Assembly: GCA_030324005.1 (NCBI GenBank)
Contig: JARDVH010000059.1
Span: 62,294,501-62,358,500, forward strand
Direction: 5' to 3'
Length of the DNA stretch: 64,000 nt
DNA from: Negaprion brevirostris
Taxonomy: Eukaryota
This document shows, in pieces, positions 38,616 through 50,615 of the stretch (position 1 is the first letter of the stretch; each line of letters starts with the position of its first letter). Under the pieces are notes generated by a model, which ran no database searches, had not been told where the DNA came from, and worked only from the letters and a program-made list of their open reading frames with translations. The position numbers and the translations under genes are program-made.

Positions 38616-40184
38616 GTATTTGTCATAAATCTGTGACTATTAACAATTTAAGTTAATTAATGAGTTGAAATATTTTGAGTTCTGTATTTCAGAAGTGAGG
38701 CATAAATACGACTAATCGGGCATTTTTGATTTTCCCCCTTTGACTTGGGTGAAATGATGTATGAACAATTTTATTTATCCTAATCAGGTATTTTTCATGA
38801 TAGAAAATTTGTTGCATGATAGAACTTTAAATGCAAATTTTGTGTATTCCAGTTACAGAAATGCATATTATTAAGCCTTTTGAGTACTTTATATCATACT
38901 GAGCTAGTTACCCATCACTCACAGCTAAAGCCCGATGAATTCACATGAAACAACTAGTGTCTGCATTGTTGGAGCAAAACCATTATCTGGCTACCACCAT
39001 TGTTAAAATTATCAGCTGACTTTAAACGTGCACTCTAATGTTTTTATTAAGTTTCTGTGCTTAATGCATTATTGTCCTTGTTTTATCACTTTTTTTGTCC
39101 TTTTCATTTTTTAAAAATGAGAAGTACTTGATTTATTTGCCAATAACATGACTGCTGGTTAAACAAATGGTGCTCCACAGTGGCACTCGGTGGACAGCAT
39201 TTGGAACTGCGAAAAGAACATTTCTTTTTGCTAATAAGTTCCAATATACTGTTGTTTAGTAACATTGACATGCTTACCACCTCACCATGTATTGGTGTCA
39301 TAAACTCTGTAACATTGATTTATGCATTGTCAATAACCTGAGTTTCATGCTTTCAGTGCATTTTGAAAAGGGATGTTGTGACTCGCTCACCAATTTTAAT
39401 TTACAATAAATAGTGACAAAAGCCTTTCTCAAACATCATGACATGAGAAATATGGTTAATATGTACATTGTTTGCTCCATACTTTGAATGTTGCATACCA
39501 GTAAATGTTCTGAGGCAATAGTTATAATATGTCAGCGTACATTCTCTGTTACTGTATCTATATTGTAGCTCTTTTCCGTTATTCTACCTGGCCCTTTTAG
39601 TTCTCTTGTCCTCTATTTTTAATTGTCCCGACTCTCTCAATATCATTTCACCTCTATTCCTTTTGGATGGGAATTGATATGCTAAGGAAAGCTGGTGGTT
39701 ACGATGCCCCAGTTGGAGGAAACATCCAGATTGTGGTATGGGCTGGAAAGATGACAATGATGAAAAGCAATGGTTACTGGAGTGGAAGCTGATGGATGGA
39801 AGGAAAATGGAAAGGACAAGGAATGAGATCTGTGTAGTGCAGCAGAACAGCAAACTTCAGATGTCTTTTAGACCATCATTTGTAGGTGAGGAATGTAGGT
39901 CACGTTGCATTTACTGGTGGTGATGATTACAGGCTGCTGGTTGAAACATGATGCAGCTACAGGTAGGAACTAATGAGCTGAAAATGTAGCAATAAAAGGG
40001 GGCATGAAAAGTGAATGGAAGGAACTGAATGGGAACCTATGTTGCAAAGATCCTGCTGTTCTGGTGGGTGAGCAAACTCATTTTGCGTAGTTCCAACGCA
40101 GGTTACAAACTTTCATAAAGAATCCTTTTGTGAAATGCAAGGTTAGTACTCTTTAAAGGACTACCTCGACATTGGTTTAAGTTA

Positions 40185-40830
40185 TGTTGTTTGAGACCCT
40201 AAATGCATCAAATATTAGTTGCCCATATCTGGGGGGTGGGGGGGTGCATGTTGCTTCTGTCTAGGATGCCTAAAGTAATTTGAGTGCACTCAGGCACTTA
40301 ATTGGCTACCTTTGGACCTCCCACTTCATCATCTAGTTGCCAATAGGACAGAAAGCTTCTGGTTAATCAGAGGCGAGCAGCTGTCCATCGTTGGCAGCAC
40401 CATTGGGAACGGTGGATGCTGCCAGCAATACTGCGAACTTCAGGGATTATTGTGGGATTGAGAGAGAGAGATGAGGGGATCCCTATTAAGGGAACAGGAG
40501 GGGAGATAGGTGTACCTTTCAGCAATCTCCCCACTACCCTCACTTCCAAAGCCTGGGGCCTTTGATTGGGCAGAGTGCCTGTTAATGAGACACCCTCCTC
40601 ACTCCTAGAAGACCACAGACAAACCCGACTAGGTTTGCTGGTTGATCTTTGGGAGCCACAGGAGACCCATGCATGTCTTATTAAATCCCTGAGCCACCAT
40701 TCAATTCCAGTAAGCTTGGGAATAATTAGCTTTAAGTGCTCATTAATAAGCCTCATTGACACCCTGCTGTCAGCAGGTAGGATTACTGCTTGAGTTGTCC
40801 CCCACCCTCCACTAAATTGAGGATAGTTTG
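40185..40830. mobile_element. GC-richer shark interspersed repeat, probably a non-autonomous DNA transposon
   Basis: Composition shift; internal inverted pieces (gcacttaattggct / agctttaagtgc); family recognised only loosely. Confidence 0.4.
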
Positions 40831-41099
40831 GTGGAAGCCAAGAATTGGAAGTGGGTACTTCCTATCTCGCTGATTTTTTTTCTCTCACTCTCTTTCACTC
40901 TCACTCTCCTCCTCTCTTTTCCCCTTCTCCCCCTCCCATTCGTGTCCACTCTGACCGGTTCCGTTAAATCACAGTCAGTGTCTGCAGAATTGATGATATG
41001 TTTTAGAGCCAGAGTTCAAGATGATCTCTTGCAGCAATAGATAATCCTTTAATTTAAAATGCTGGTCATATACCACCTTTCCTTTCCAGCGTTAACAGT

Positions 41100-41322
41100 C
41101 TCTTTGGAAGCAGAAGACATTCTCTCGTGGCTAACAGTCCCTCAAGTGACACTAAAACAGATCATCTGGCCATTGTATTTCTGTAACTGGAAGTTTGCTG
41201 TGGCAGCTAATTAGCTGTCACTATTCCTACATTACAACAGTGATTGCTCTTCATTGGCAATAAAGCATTTTGGGATGTCCTGAGGTTTTAAAGGACACTA
41301 GAAAATATACAAGTTTCTTTTC
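41100..41322 (+). mobile_element. Deu-domain SINE (SacSINE1-like) 3' part
   Basis: actaaaacagatcatctggccatt...ttcctacattacaacagtga...cattggcaataaagcattttgggatgtcctgagg. Confidence 0.75.
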
Positions 41323-42464
41323 CTACATTGTGGACTTAAAACCCAACTGAATGCAAGTATTTCTGCAACTGTTTTTTGTGCTTCAGTAACAAGTGTGTTT
41401 TCTGTAAGGGCTGATTTCAGCTGTTTAGTTCAAGAGCAGAATTGAGTTTACTGTGCCTATTTCATGAGCTGTTTCTGTATTTCTTACCTCACAAACCCTA
41501 AACACTGCCAAAATCAGCATATTATAAAAGTACATTTAAATCTATTTGCACCAAATCTCAGATTTTTAATACCCCTTCCCCCAACCAAATAAAAATAGAT
41601 ATGTGCAAAAAAGACTTCTGTAAACCAAATAGAATGAATGTCTGTGTTGACCTATCAAGTGCCTGAGCAATCCTACCATGTGAGTATATTTCACTGCATG
41701 ATTCAGGAAGGAAACAAACTTGAATTTATTGCTATTTTCTTTCTGGTTCATCTTTTAGTCGTTGGTTCTAACTAGAATGTTCTGTAGTGAGTGTGCCATT
41801 TCAAAAAAATGGCGTAGAAGATATTCTATGGTAGAATATAATTGTTTCTTTGAGTGGCTGACACGAGATTGAATGCTGTTGGGATTTGTTGGAATTGTTT
41901 ACACTGTTTATGTGCAGTATTTGAAAAACTCAAACAATAAGCACTAACTCCTATTGTAAGTTATTTTGGCAGTTTGTTTAAATATAACCCATAGATGCTG
42001 TACGTTATTTGGTGTAGCACTGAGCAACTTTACGACATACTTAGTATTTTGATGCAAACCACTTCCTTCGTAAGAACTACTGCAATGTGCAAATTATACA
42101 AGGAAACCATCTAAAAGGCTGGGCCTAAAGAATGAAGCAAACTGCCATTGTGATTAAAAAATTACTGATTTTAAAATGGTAATTTATATACCAGTGATTT
42201 AAATTTTGATGGTTGACTAGATTCTTACCTAATTGGAAAATTACATGCAAAAATTGTTCTGTTCCAATTTTCTAAATGTTTAATACCCTTTCCCTCAAAT
42301 CCATTGCTTTATTTCCTTGCAAGGAGTACATATGACCAATTCATTCATATTTTCAGACTATGGTGCTACAAAGCCACCTGTGAGATTGTTTGGAAGGAGC
42401 ATTGTAAGCAGTCATGTATGTATATAATCAGATTTTCTGCAACCTTTGTTATTACATTTTTTAG

Positions 42465-42524
42465 GAATCTGCAGCTGGTCCAGTTACCGAAAAGATCTTG
42501 AGCATGCGACTAGTGAAGAAAACT
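42465..42524 (+). CDS. CHD7: CHD7 coding exon (exon 6 equivalent), 60 nt, start of chromodomain 1
   Basis: tttttag|GAA TCT...AAA ACT|gtaagt; ESAAGPVTEKILSMRLVKKT (cf. GPVVEKIMSSRSVKK). Confidence 0.95.
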
Positions 42525-43331
42525 GTAAGTATTAACATTTTCTTGCTCTAAAGTTTAGCACATGAAGAGTGATTGACTAACTGGTCTTTTCATAATTCTC
42601 AATTTTCAACCTGAAGTATAATTTTTGATCTGCCAGAAACAGCTGGCAGCCATGTAACAGTAGCAGGTCAAAATCTGAGCATATTTGGATCATTTTAGTG
42701 GTTGTTGATTTATATGGATTGATTGCAATTTTGTACTACGGATGATACTGAAAATGCATCAATGTAAAATGTACCCTATCATGAAAACAATAACATACAA
42801 TTGAGTTTATTAGCTTCTGTTTCAGTTTTAAATTTTCACTGGAAAAGTAGGGGCTACATTTTAAATTGTCACACTTTTTGAGATTAGTTTTTAAGATTGC
42901 CAACAATAATACATGTGGCTTCCAGTAGTGCAGCTGCAAACTGGCTGCTGCCTCAGGAAATGGTACATTTGGCATCTGCTTAACGCTGTGGGTTTGGCAG
43001 GAAGCCAGGTCGAGGTCAGGTTATTGTGAATGAAGTAGCTGGTGGTTAAGGAGGAGATAAAATGATTCATGAGTTGGTTGACACAGTAAGCAGAGTGGTT
43101 GGAACTGATAGCTTTTTGTAGGGGTATTGCGGGAGGTGGGTGGGGGAGGGGGGGGAGAAAGAAAGTAATCCCCGCCGAAGGAAACTTTTTGGTGTTCTTT
43201 GCATTCTAATTCTACTTAAGCACATTACAACTATGTCCCTAACCACTTTACAGTGTATTGCCTGGAGATTTAAATGACAGTGACAAACGGTTGTGTTGCC
43301 ATCAGATTCTAAAATGTGCTTGTGATTTCAG

Positions 43332-43387
43332 ACTGAGTCTGGAGAAGAAATGGAAGTAGAAGAGTTATTTGTCAAATACAAAAACTA
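43332..43387 (+). CDS. CHD7: CHD7 coding exon (exon 7 equivalent), 56 nt, chromodomain 1
   Basis: atttcag|ACT GAG...AAC TA|gtaagt; TESGEEMEVEELFVKYKN(Y). Confidence 0.96.
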
Positions 43388-43914
43388 GTAAGTATGTTTA
43401 TGGTGTTCGATAGTCTTTCCCCGAATGGGTGACACTGTACCATAACATTGATGAAAATTTCTTGTAAGCCCACAAGGCTTCTGCCCTGAGCATGATTTTG
43501 GAAATTTATTGCGTGGAAAATTAATTACCTTCAGGCTCTGTGCTGTTCTGTGCTCTCATGAAAGTCTCATGATGGCTACCTCCCATTGGAAAAACTTTCT
43601 GCATGTTTTGCACTTTGCTATCTCTTAAAAATATCTCCAAGCGTTTAATAAACAGTAGATGAAAGCACCAAAGAGATAAGGAATATACAATGAAATGCCT
43701 GCCGTCCACTGTCCACAACCTGAAGCTGTACAGTTCTAAAAATAAAATTTCTAACATAAACCCTTCAATTATTTGAAATATGAAATTAAAATNNNNNNNN
43801 NNNNNNNNNNNNNNNNNNNNNNNNNNNNNNNNNNNNNNNNNNNNNNNNNNNNNNNNNNNNNNNNNNNNNNNNNNNNNNNNNNNNNNNNNNNNATAAACCC
43901 TTCAATTATGTGAA

Positions 43915-43995
43915 ATATGAAATGAAAATGCTGGAAATGCTCAATGGGCAATACTCAGCTAACCAGACAGCATCTGTGGAGAGAGAAACGGGTTT
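43915..43995. mobile_element. Half copy of the palindromic Penelope-like repeat
   Basis: gaaaatgctggaaatgctca...cagacagcatctgtggagagagaaac. Confidence 0.6.
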
Positions 43996-45887
43996 TGTGA
44001 CTCTTACCTGTTTCTCACTTTCACTCATTACTGCTTTCCTCCTTTCCACTCTTCTCATTCCTTTCCATTCTGCCCATTCCCTGTATTACCCTCTGCCCCG
44101 TTGTCAGTATTGCTCATAATGGCTAAATCCATAATATCCTGACTGGGGCAAAGCAAGGTGGCAGACCCCAACAACGGAAAATGTTCAGGATGTTAATGGG
44201 TTTTATGCAAATTCTTGATAAAGTAGGAGAAGGAGGATCAAGAAGAGAATGTCGTGGAGTGGATGGGCAAAGTGATTTACAGGACAGAATCATTGTCAGC
44301 AGGTGGATGAGGCTAACAAACCTGGCGGATTTACACCTACGTCCAACAGGTGTTGTTATATATAGTGTCTAGTCCAGTTCTTACCCTACCTAAATTATTT
44401 CTGATGTGTGACTGCTTTCTTTGCTGAGGAAAAGGTATGTTGCAAAATATGTGTTCCTCATAACATNNNNNNNNNNNNNNNNNNNNNNNNNNNNNNNNNN
44501 NNNNNNNNNNNNNNNNNNNNNNNNNNNNNNNNNNNNNNNNNNNNNNNNNNNNNNNNNNNNNNNNNNTCAGCTTTGTTTCTTCACTGAAATGTAACTTTAT
44601 TGTAGCTCGTCCAGAGGGTTGCTCAGAATTTCTTATTACATTTTCAACTTGAAGTCACATTTGATTGAAATGTTTGAGAATACACAAGTGCACTGATTGC
44701 TGATAAGTTCTTAAAGTCAGCTATAGAACTTTTGAGTGCTAATTTTTGCTTCAGATGGAATTTTGAGCCACATGATCTTACACGGAGGTCATGATCCAAG
44801 ATCTTCTAGGATGAAGACGATCACAAGAACTGTTCACTTGGATGGTAGTGCTAAAATGAGTTTAAGGAAATCAGTAGGTTGGTATAATTGGGATTTGCCC
44901 TTGATAGGATTTGGGATCCTGCCCTTACAAGTATTTTACCTTTCTATACTGAGACAGTGATCGACAATATATCTACTGGCTTCTGTACAGATCCGCTGAT
45001 TTAGTTTCATTAATGCATAATTGGGTATTGGTGTTGCCAACCACAGGCCACCTGGTAATTTTTCTCCACTTCATCCTGTTGTTCAGAGATTCCTATCAAA
45101 AGATAGGAATCAGCCAAATATTGAACCTGGGACTTTGTTGCTTTCTGCTGTAGTTCATGTACTTTACATTTGTGAAGTATCTTTTACAGAAAGGAATAGG
45201 GAAAATAATAATGTCACTCAGCTTTTTGGTACTTCTTCATGAAATAACTTGCAGTGGTGTAATCCTAATTTTGCTAGCTATGATTTTCTTAACTTTTTCA
45301 TGCAGATATAAGTAGATGTACTTAGCAAGCAGACAATTATCCTGGTCAGAATTTTTGTTTACACTCTCATAGAATGAGTGTTGCTGGCAATGTCAGCATT
45401 TATTGCTCATTCCCAAGTGCGCTCGAAGATGTTTCAAAGATGTTATGTAAAGCAGTCTATCTGTCTTCTGAATAAACAGCTGCCTGAACTGCGTTTCTTG
45501 ACTTTTTTTTCTCTGGGCCAATTTTGGCACAGAGGCTACTGAGCTCTATCTGTTGGTAATAGATTTCAGACCATGCCAAAAAATTTAGTCTGTGAGTATA
45601 GTATTAATAATGGAGCCTAATTTTAAGATTTACCTATCCTCTTTAAAAAAATAATTGTGATAACAGACTTATGACTGACAGCTTGTCAGCTGCCATATAA
45701 TGAGTATGGAAGGCTCTTATTTTTATGTTTTGTTGCCTTTGCAGGTAAGTGATCTTTGAAGACTTTGAGCTTCTGTATTGTGATTTGTATGTATTAATGT
45801 ATCTGATTATTATTTGTTGGAATATATTTTGGAGGATTTGAAATATTCTCTTGCCTTCCCCCCACCCCCACCAAGGAAAACATGATT

Positions 45888-45976
45888 AGAATGTAGAAAA
45901 ACTACAGCACAAACAGGCCCTTTGGCCCACAAGTTGCACCAATGATATCCCTACCTACTAGGCTTACCTATCACCT
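45888..45976 (-). mobile_element. Short CR1 3' tail
   Basis: tagaaaaactacagcacaaacaggccctttggcccacaagttg. Confidence 0.6.
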
Positions 45977-46067
45977 TATAAATGTCTAGTATGTAGTAAT
46001 TGTATTTCATAGTCTTCCTTGGTAAACTGGACTCCCTCAATCTGAGGTAATGTTTTTTCTCTGTTAG

Positions 46068-46185
46068 TTCTTACCTTCATTGTCAGTGGACCACAGTGGA
46101 GCAGCTGGCGAAGGACAAGAGAATTCATCAGAAGATTAAACGCTTCAAAGCAAAGCAGGCACAAATGAATAAATTTCTCACTGAG
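46068..46185 (+). CDS. CHD7: CHD7 coding exon (exon 8 equivalent), 118 nt
   Basis: ctgttag|T TCT TAC...ACT GAG|gtctgt; [39 protein letters not shown]; phase fits exon 7 (TA+T = Tyr). Confidence 0.97.
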
Positions 46186-46234
46186 GTCTGTACTTGCTTC
46201 ATTATTATAGGGGACTAGTTGGATCTACCATAGT

Positions 46235-46451
46235 AAAAGCAAAATACTGAGGATGCCGGAATCTGAAGCAAAAATGCTGGAAAACCTCAGCAGGTCTGAC
46301 AGCATCTGTGGCGCGAGAATAGAGCCAACCCTTTGAATCTGGATGACCCTTTGTCATGTGCCGAAGGGTCATCCAGATTCAAAACGTTGACTACTTTCTC
46401 GCCCCAGATGCTATCAGACCTGTTGAGAAATTCCAGCATTTTGTGCTTTTA
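46235..46451. mobile_element. Palindromic Penelope-like insertion with 12-bp TSD
   Basis: ATCTACCATAGT at 46223-46234 and 46452-46463; inverted arms ...tttgaatctggatgaccctt / aagggtcatccagattcaaa... Confidence 0.85.
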
Positions 46452-47911
46452 ATCTACCATAGTGTTGCTTGGATGAAACGTTTTATAAAACTGTAAATTT
46501 TATTTTTCCATTCTCTGCCTTTCACACATTGATGCAATTTCTGTCTCTTTCCACAAATCTCCTCTTCACTGAATCTACTCTCTACCTGTTGCCTGTCACC
46601 TTTATTTGGTTCACTTGCTCTTTGCTCATGTGTTTACATTTGTGCTATCATGTGATGATGACATTGGCACTCTCTTCACTCATTCCCTCTGTCTTTTGGA
46701 CTCTCCCTCCTCCCTATATTTTCTTTCCCTACACAGGCTGTCACAGCCTCTTTCCCCCTCCTGACTGCCAATACACTTTTATCCTTCATTCTGCCTTTGC
46801 CTCCTCCCTCCACGTGGCTAGAGGCTGACTTGCCTGGGGAAGAGAAAATATGGATGTGTAACACCAAGATGCAGCAAGTGATGTCTCACTGAATCCCATT
46901 TTCAGTACTGATTGAACCATAAAGTCTTTAACGTGTTTTCACCTTTTCCCACAACTTTGGTTTCTTAATCAAATTTTGCTCCTGCATTGAAACTAACATC
47001 AACCAACTGTATAAGTAACATCCCATGTGGCTATACCTGTGTTGCAATATTTCTTCATGACCTTTCTTCGGCCTTTGACAATCAATCGCATTCTATCCTT
47101 CAGTCTCTTTCCTCCATTGAGCTAAGCCATATATTGGTTACAGTCAGTACCTGAGTCTCTCTTCCCATTACCTTTTGGAGTCCTACAAATGTTTATTGGT
47201 GGCTTTCTTCTACTTGTCATTTTTGTCTGATGCAGTCCAAAGACATAGACCCAGATTTTCCTGTCTTCAGGTGATTGTAACTTGAGATACTTCAGAAGAC
47301 AATGTGGGAGCACCTTGGAAATCCCAATAGATGAGCTTGTGGGAATTACCCAGGAAAAAGAATCATATCTAACTCCTGGGTAACCAAGTGACTCACCCTC
47401 CAACACACCCCTGACCTTCCAGACCCCCTCACACTCCAAACCTCTAGCTCCGCCTCCATGCAAAGCTCCAGCACTGGGTAAGAAATAGGAATGCTAAACC
47501 GATTGCCACTGCTTAGGAACTTTGGCCCATAAGGTCAGGCTTATCATAGGTAACTCCCCATTCCATCGCTTCACCGTCAGTGGTAACCCTTTCACTGCCT
47601 CCCTGTTGCTAGATTACTTGTCTGACATCAAGTCTGATGGGTTGTAATTCTCCTCTGTTAAATCGTCAAAGTGCACAGACCAAAGTAATTGTTCTGATTT
47701 AAATAGTAAGTTAATCAAATTAAATAGATGAGGTTGATTAGTCAATAAATTGCTGTGACTTTTGAACTGGAATCTTTGCTTTTAATTAGCTAGAAAGATT
47801 TTAAAAAAGGACTGTGGAAATATTTTCAGTTAGCCTGAGCAAATCAAGCACCTATGGTCAAGTGGGGCACAGTGGAATAATTGAAGATCATTTACATTCA
47901 AAGAGAAATCA

Positions 47912-48177
47912 GAGGTAGCACAGTGGTTAGCACTGCTGCCTCACCACGCCAGGAACCCTTAGGTGACTGTCTGTGGAGTTTACATGTTCTCCCTGTGTCT
48001 GCATGGGTTTCCTCCCACAGTCCAAAGATGTGCAGGTTAGATGGATTAGCCATGGTGAATGCACGGGGTTACAGGGATAGGAGCGACAAGAGGATCTGGT
48101 TGGGATGTGCTTTTGGAGAGTCAGTGCAGACTTGATGGACCGAGTGGCTTCTTTCTGCACTGAAGTGACTCTATGAA
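47912..48177 (+). mobile_element. HE1-type SINE
   Basis: gcacagtggttagcactgctgcctcac...cccacagtccaaagatgtgcaggttag...ttctgcactgaagtgactctatg. Confidence 0.85.
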
Positions 48178-48495
48178 CCTCCTAAGCCCATGCCACATAC
48201 TAGGTACCCCTGCCACTAATTCTATCCTCACCTCCAGCCTGCGTCTCCAGTTAAATAAGACTGTTTGTAAGCTTGATGTTCTATTTGACCCCAAGCTGAA
48301 CTTCTTAACCCCATATCCTGTTTGTCACCTATTTCTATAATATCACCCATGTCTGTCTTCAACTTTCAGATCTTTCTTAAAAATCAAGCTTTTGACTAAA
48401 CTTGTATTGTTACCTTCAGCTATGTTTTAGTCTGAACTCCTGTAATGCACTTTGGGGAATTTTCTACTTTAAAGGTATAACACAAATACAAATTG
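48178..48495 (+). mobile_element. L2 LINE fragments
   Basis: cttgatgttctatttgaccccaagctgaacttc...tgtaatgcactttggg...ctactttaaaggtataa. Confidence 0.55.
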
Positions 48496-50017
48496 TAAAA
48501 GTTTCAGAAATAGTGTAGGTTCACTATCTCAGGTTGTATGCATGCTATCAAATTGTTTTTGAGCATTTTATTGTATATTTTGATGTCTGGTTACACATTA
48601 TCCCCAAAAGAATCACTTTGCCACTGTCCTGACTCCTGTAGAAATGGGAAACAGAACCTGGAGTCTGTGCAAAGTTATAGTCTAAGTAAATGCAGAGAGA
48701 AAAAGACACTCTATACCACTGAATCTTACAGGCAAACATAACTGGTTATCCTGTGAATAAATCAGTCAGAATTGGCTTGTGTAGGATCTAATCGATTTCT
48801 GGTTATGCAGTTTTTTTCTCTTTAACTTAATGCTAATGTCCATGCTTTGGGAAAAAGAATGATTATTTGCTATCTGAGTAGACACTTCTGAAATTTTTAA
48901 AAATACCTTGATATAGCTAATATTTTGAAATGGCCTCAACGTTTTTATTTCCCATCGGGTTGTTTTTATAAAATCATGCTTGGTTCTTCCATCTTAAAGT
49001 ATGATTCTGTTCTATCATGGTTAAAAATTTTCCACATATGGACAGTGAACTGATATTTTTTTCTTTACCCAAGTTAAAGGCAGAAGCAACTTCTATAGCA
49101 GACAAAGCTATGCTTTTGCTGTTAAAAAATATGAAGTTTTGTAATGTCAAAGCTGCTAAAAATAGTTGGTTTCAGCTAGAGCAATGATAGAGATGCAACA
49201 ATAATTTTTAGTGTCCTGGCTGAGCAGTTGAAAATAAATGGCTAATTTCTGGATAACTGTAATTTCGATTGAAAGTTGATAACTTTGAGGAGAAGGGGAG
49301 ATGACGCTTTACTCCGTAGCTAATCCAAGCTACATGGCATCAATTCGCACCAATCAAGTTTAAGCATTTTGATTAACTGATCTGTGATAAAACAAGAAGT
49401 TACCTGATATATAATCTGCATCCTGTTTTTAGCACTGACAGCAACTTTGATATACCACTTCAGGAAGCCTACTCATGCTTGCTAATTGTCCTTGGCGTGC
49501 TTAATAATACTTTTCATCCATTGATGATTATTCTTCCTCGGATACCCTTTCACCTCTATTCCTTTTGAAAGTAAATTTTATAACTTAATTGTGAAATTTA
49601 ATTGGCATTATTTCTGAAAATTCTGTTCTGTGTGGTGATATTTAAAACCATTGTTTCTTTATTATACCTTCGGTCATATGTCATTGCCATTAGTGACAAT
49701 GCTTTTTAATAACTTTTTTGTTTTTATAAGAATGCTGAATAGTCAAATCCATAACTCTCAAATGTTGCTTGTGATTGTGTTGTAATTTTCACACCATTTA
49801 AAATTTGTAAAACATTGTGTTTAGAAGGTTTCACACAATAATTAAGGGGGCTGGTTATAAAGCCTGAAAAATTGCATTCCTCATGGGGAAGTAGTCCTGC
49901 TGAATTGTAGCAATTTAATTATCATGTTAGCAATGCCAAACTGTTGAAGGCTAATGAGGATAGCTTAATAAGAAGCAAGAGGTCAACTGTCTTTGTCCCC
50001 CTAATTTTGTTTTGCAG

Positions 50018-50104
50018 GTTGAAGATGAACCTTTTAATCCAGATTATGTAGAAGTAGATCGGATACTTGATGTTTCCCATAGCACTGATAAAGATAGTGG
50101 GGAG
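50018..50104 (+). CDS. CHD7: CHD7 coding exon (exon 9 equivalent), 87 nt, start of chromodomain 2
   Basis: tttgcag|GTT GAA...GGG GAG|gtaaga; VEDEPFNPDYVEVDRILDVSHSTDKDSGE. Confidence 0.97.
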
Positions 50105-50254
50105 GTAAGAAATGATGTTGTATGTGTGCTTTGTGAACTGCTTATTTTGTAACAAAATTAAAATTTGTTACTTCACATATGTCTCTGGCTTTCAGTAGGT
50201 AAATAATTTGTGCAGGTTGCTGTCGTCCAAGTCCCTTGTAAAGGGCGAATAACA

Positions 50255-50615
50255 GATTACACCCAAAAAGCCATGAGGCTGATTAGCATATTTAAGATAG
50301 CATTTAAATATGCATAGCTTGTTCCACACTGGATCCTTCCAACTCCCGGGATCTTCGGACCCTCTGATACAATGCATGCCTAGTGAGAAGCACTACTGGC
50401 AGAGGAGACCAGGTGTGATGGCCATGCTGGGGGACTCGGAAGCCATTGAATTCCCTGGGTAGTTGGGGACATGATTGGGCAGTGCCCACCTGATGCCCTG
50501 GAAATGTCAGGTAATGCCAGTGAGCTGGAGGTGGGGCCTGAGTGGGGGTCGGTCTGAAGGGGGGCATTGTGAGGGGGGTGAGTGGCATGTTGAAATCCCG
50601 AAAGGGGAGAGCGTG
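50255..50615. mobile_element. GC-rich shark repeat fragment (Harbinger-MITE-like interior)
   Basis: GC/G-run rich block with tagcatatttaa...tttaaatatgcat motifs; abrupt composition change. Confidence 0.45.

Noticed and set aside
39865-39891. Weaker AG|GT fusions (39885; also ~27862, ~28488, ~47270)
   Set aside because: Suboptimal donors or tracts; expected by chance in 64 kb of T-rich intron.
43756-43929. 37-nt near-identical repeat flanking a 100-N gap (2 mismatches)
   Set aside because: Most likely a contig-end overlap with read errors or two haplotypes.
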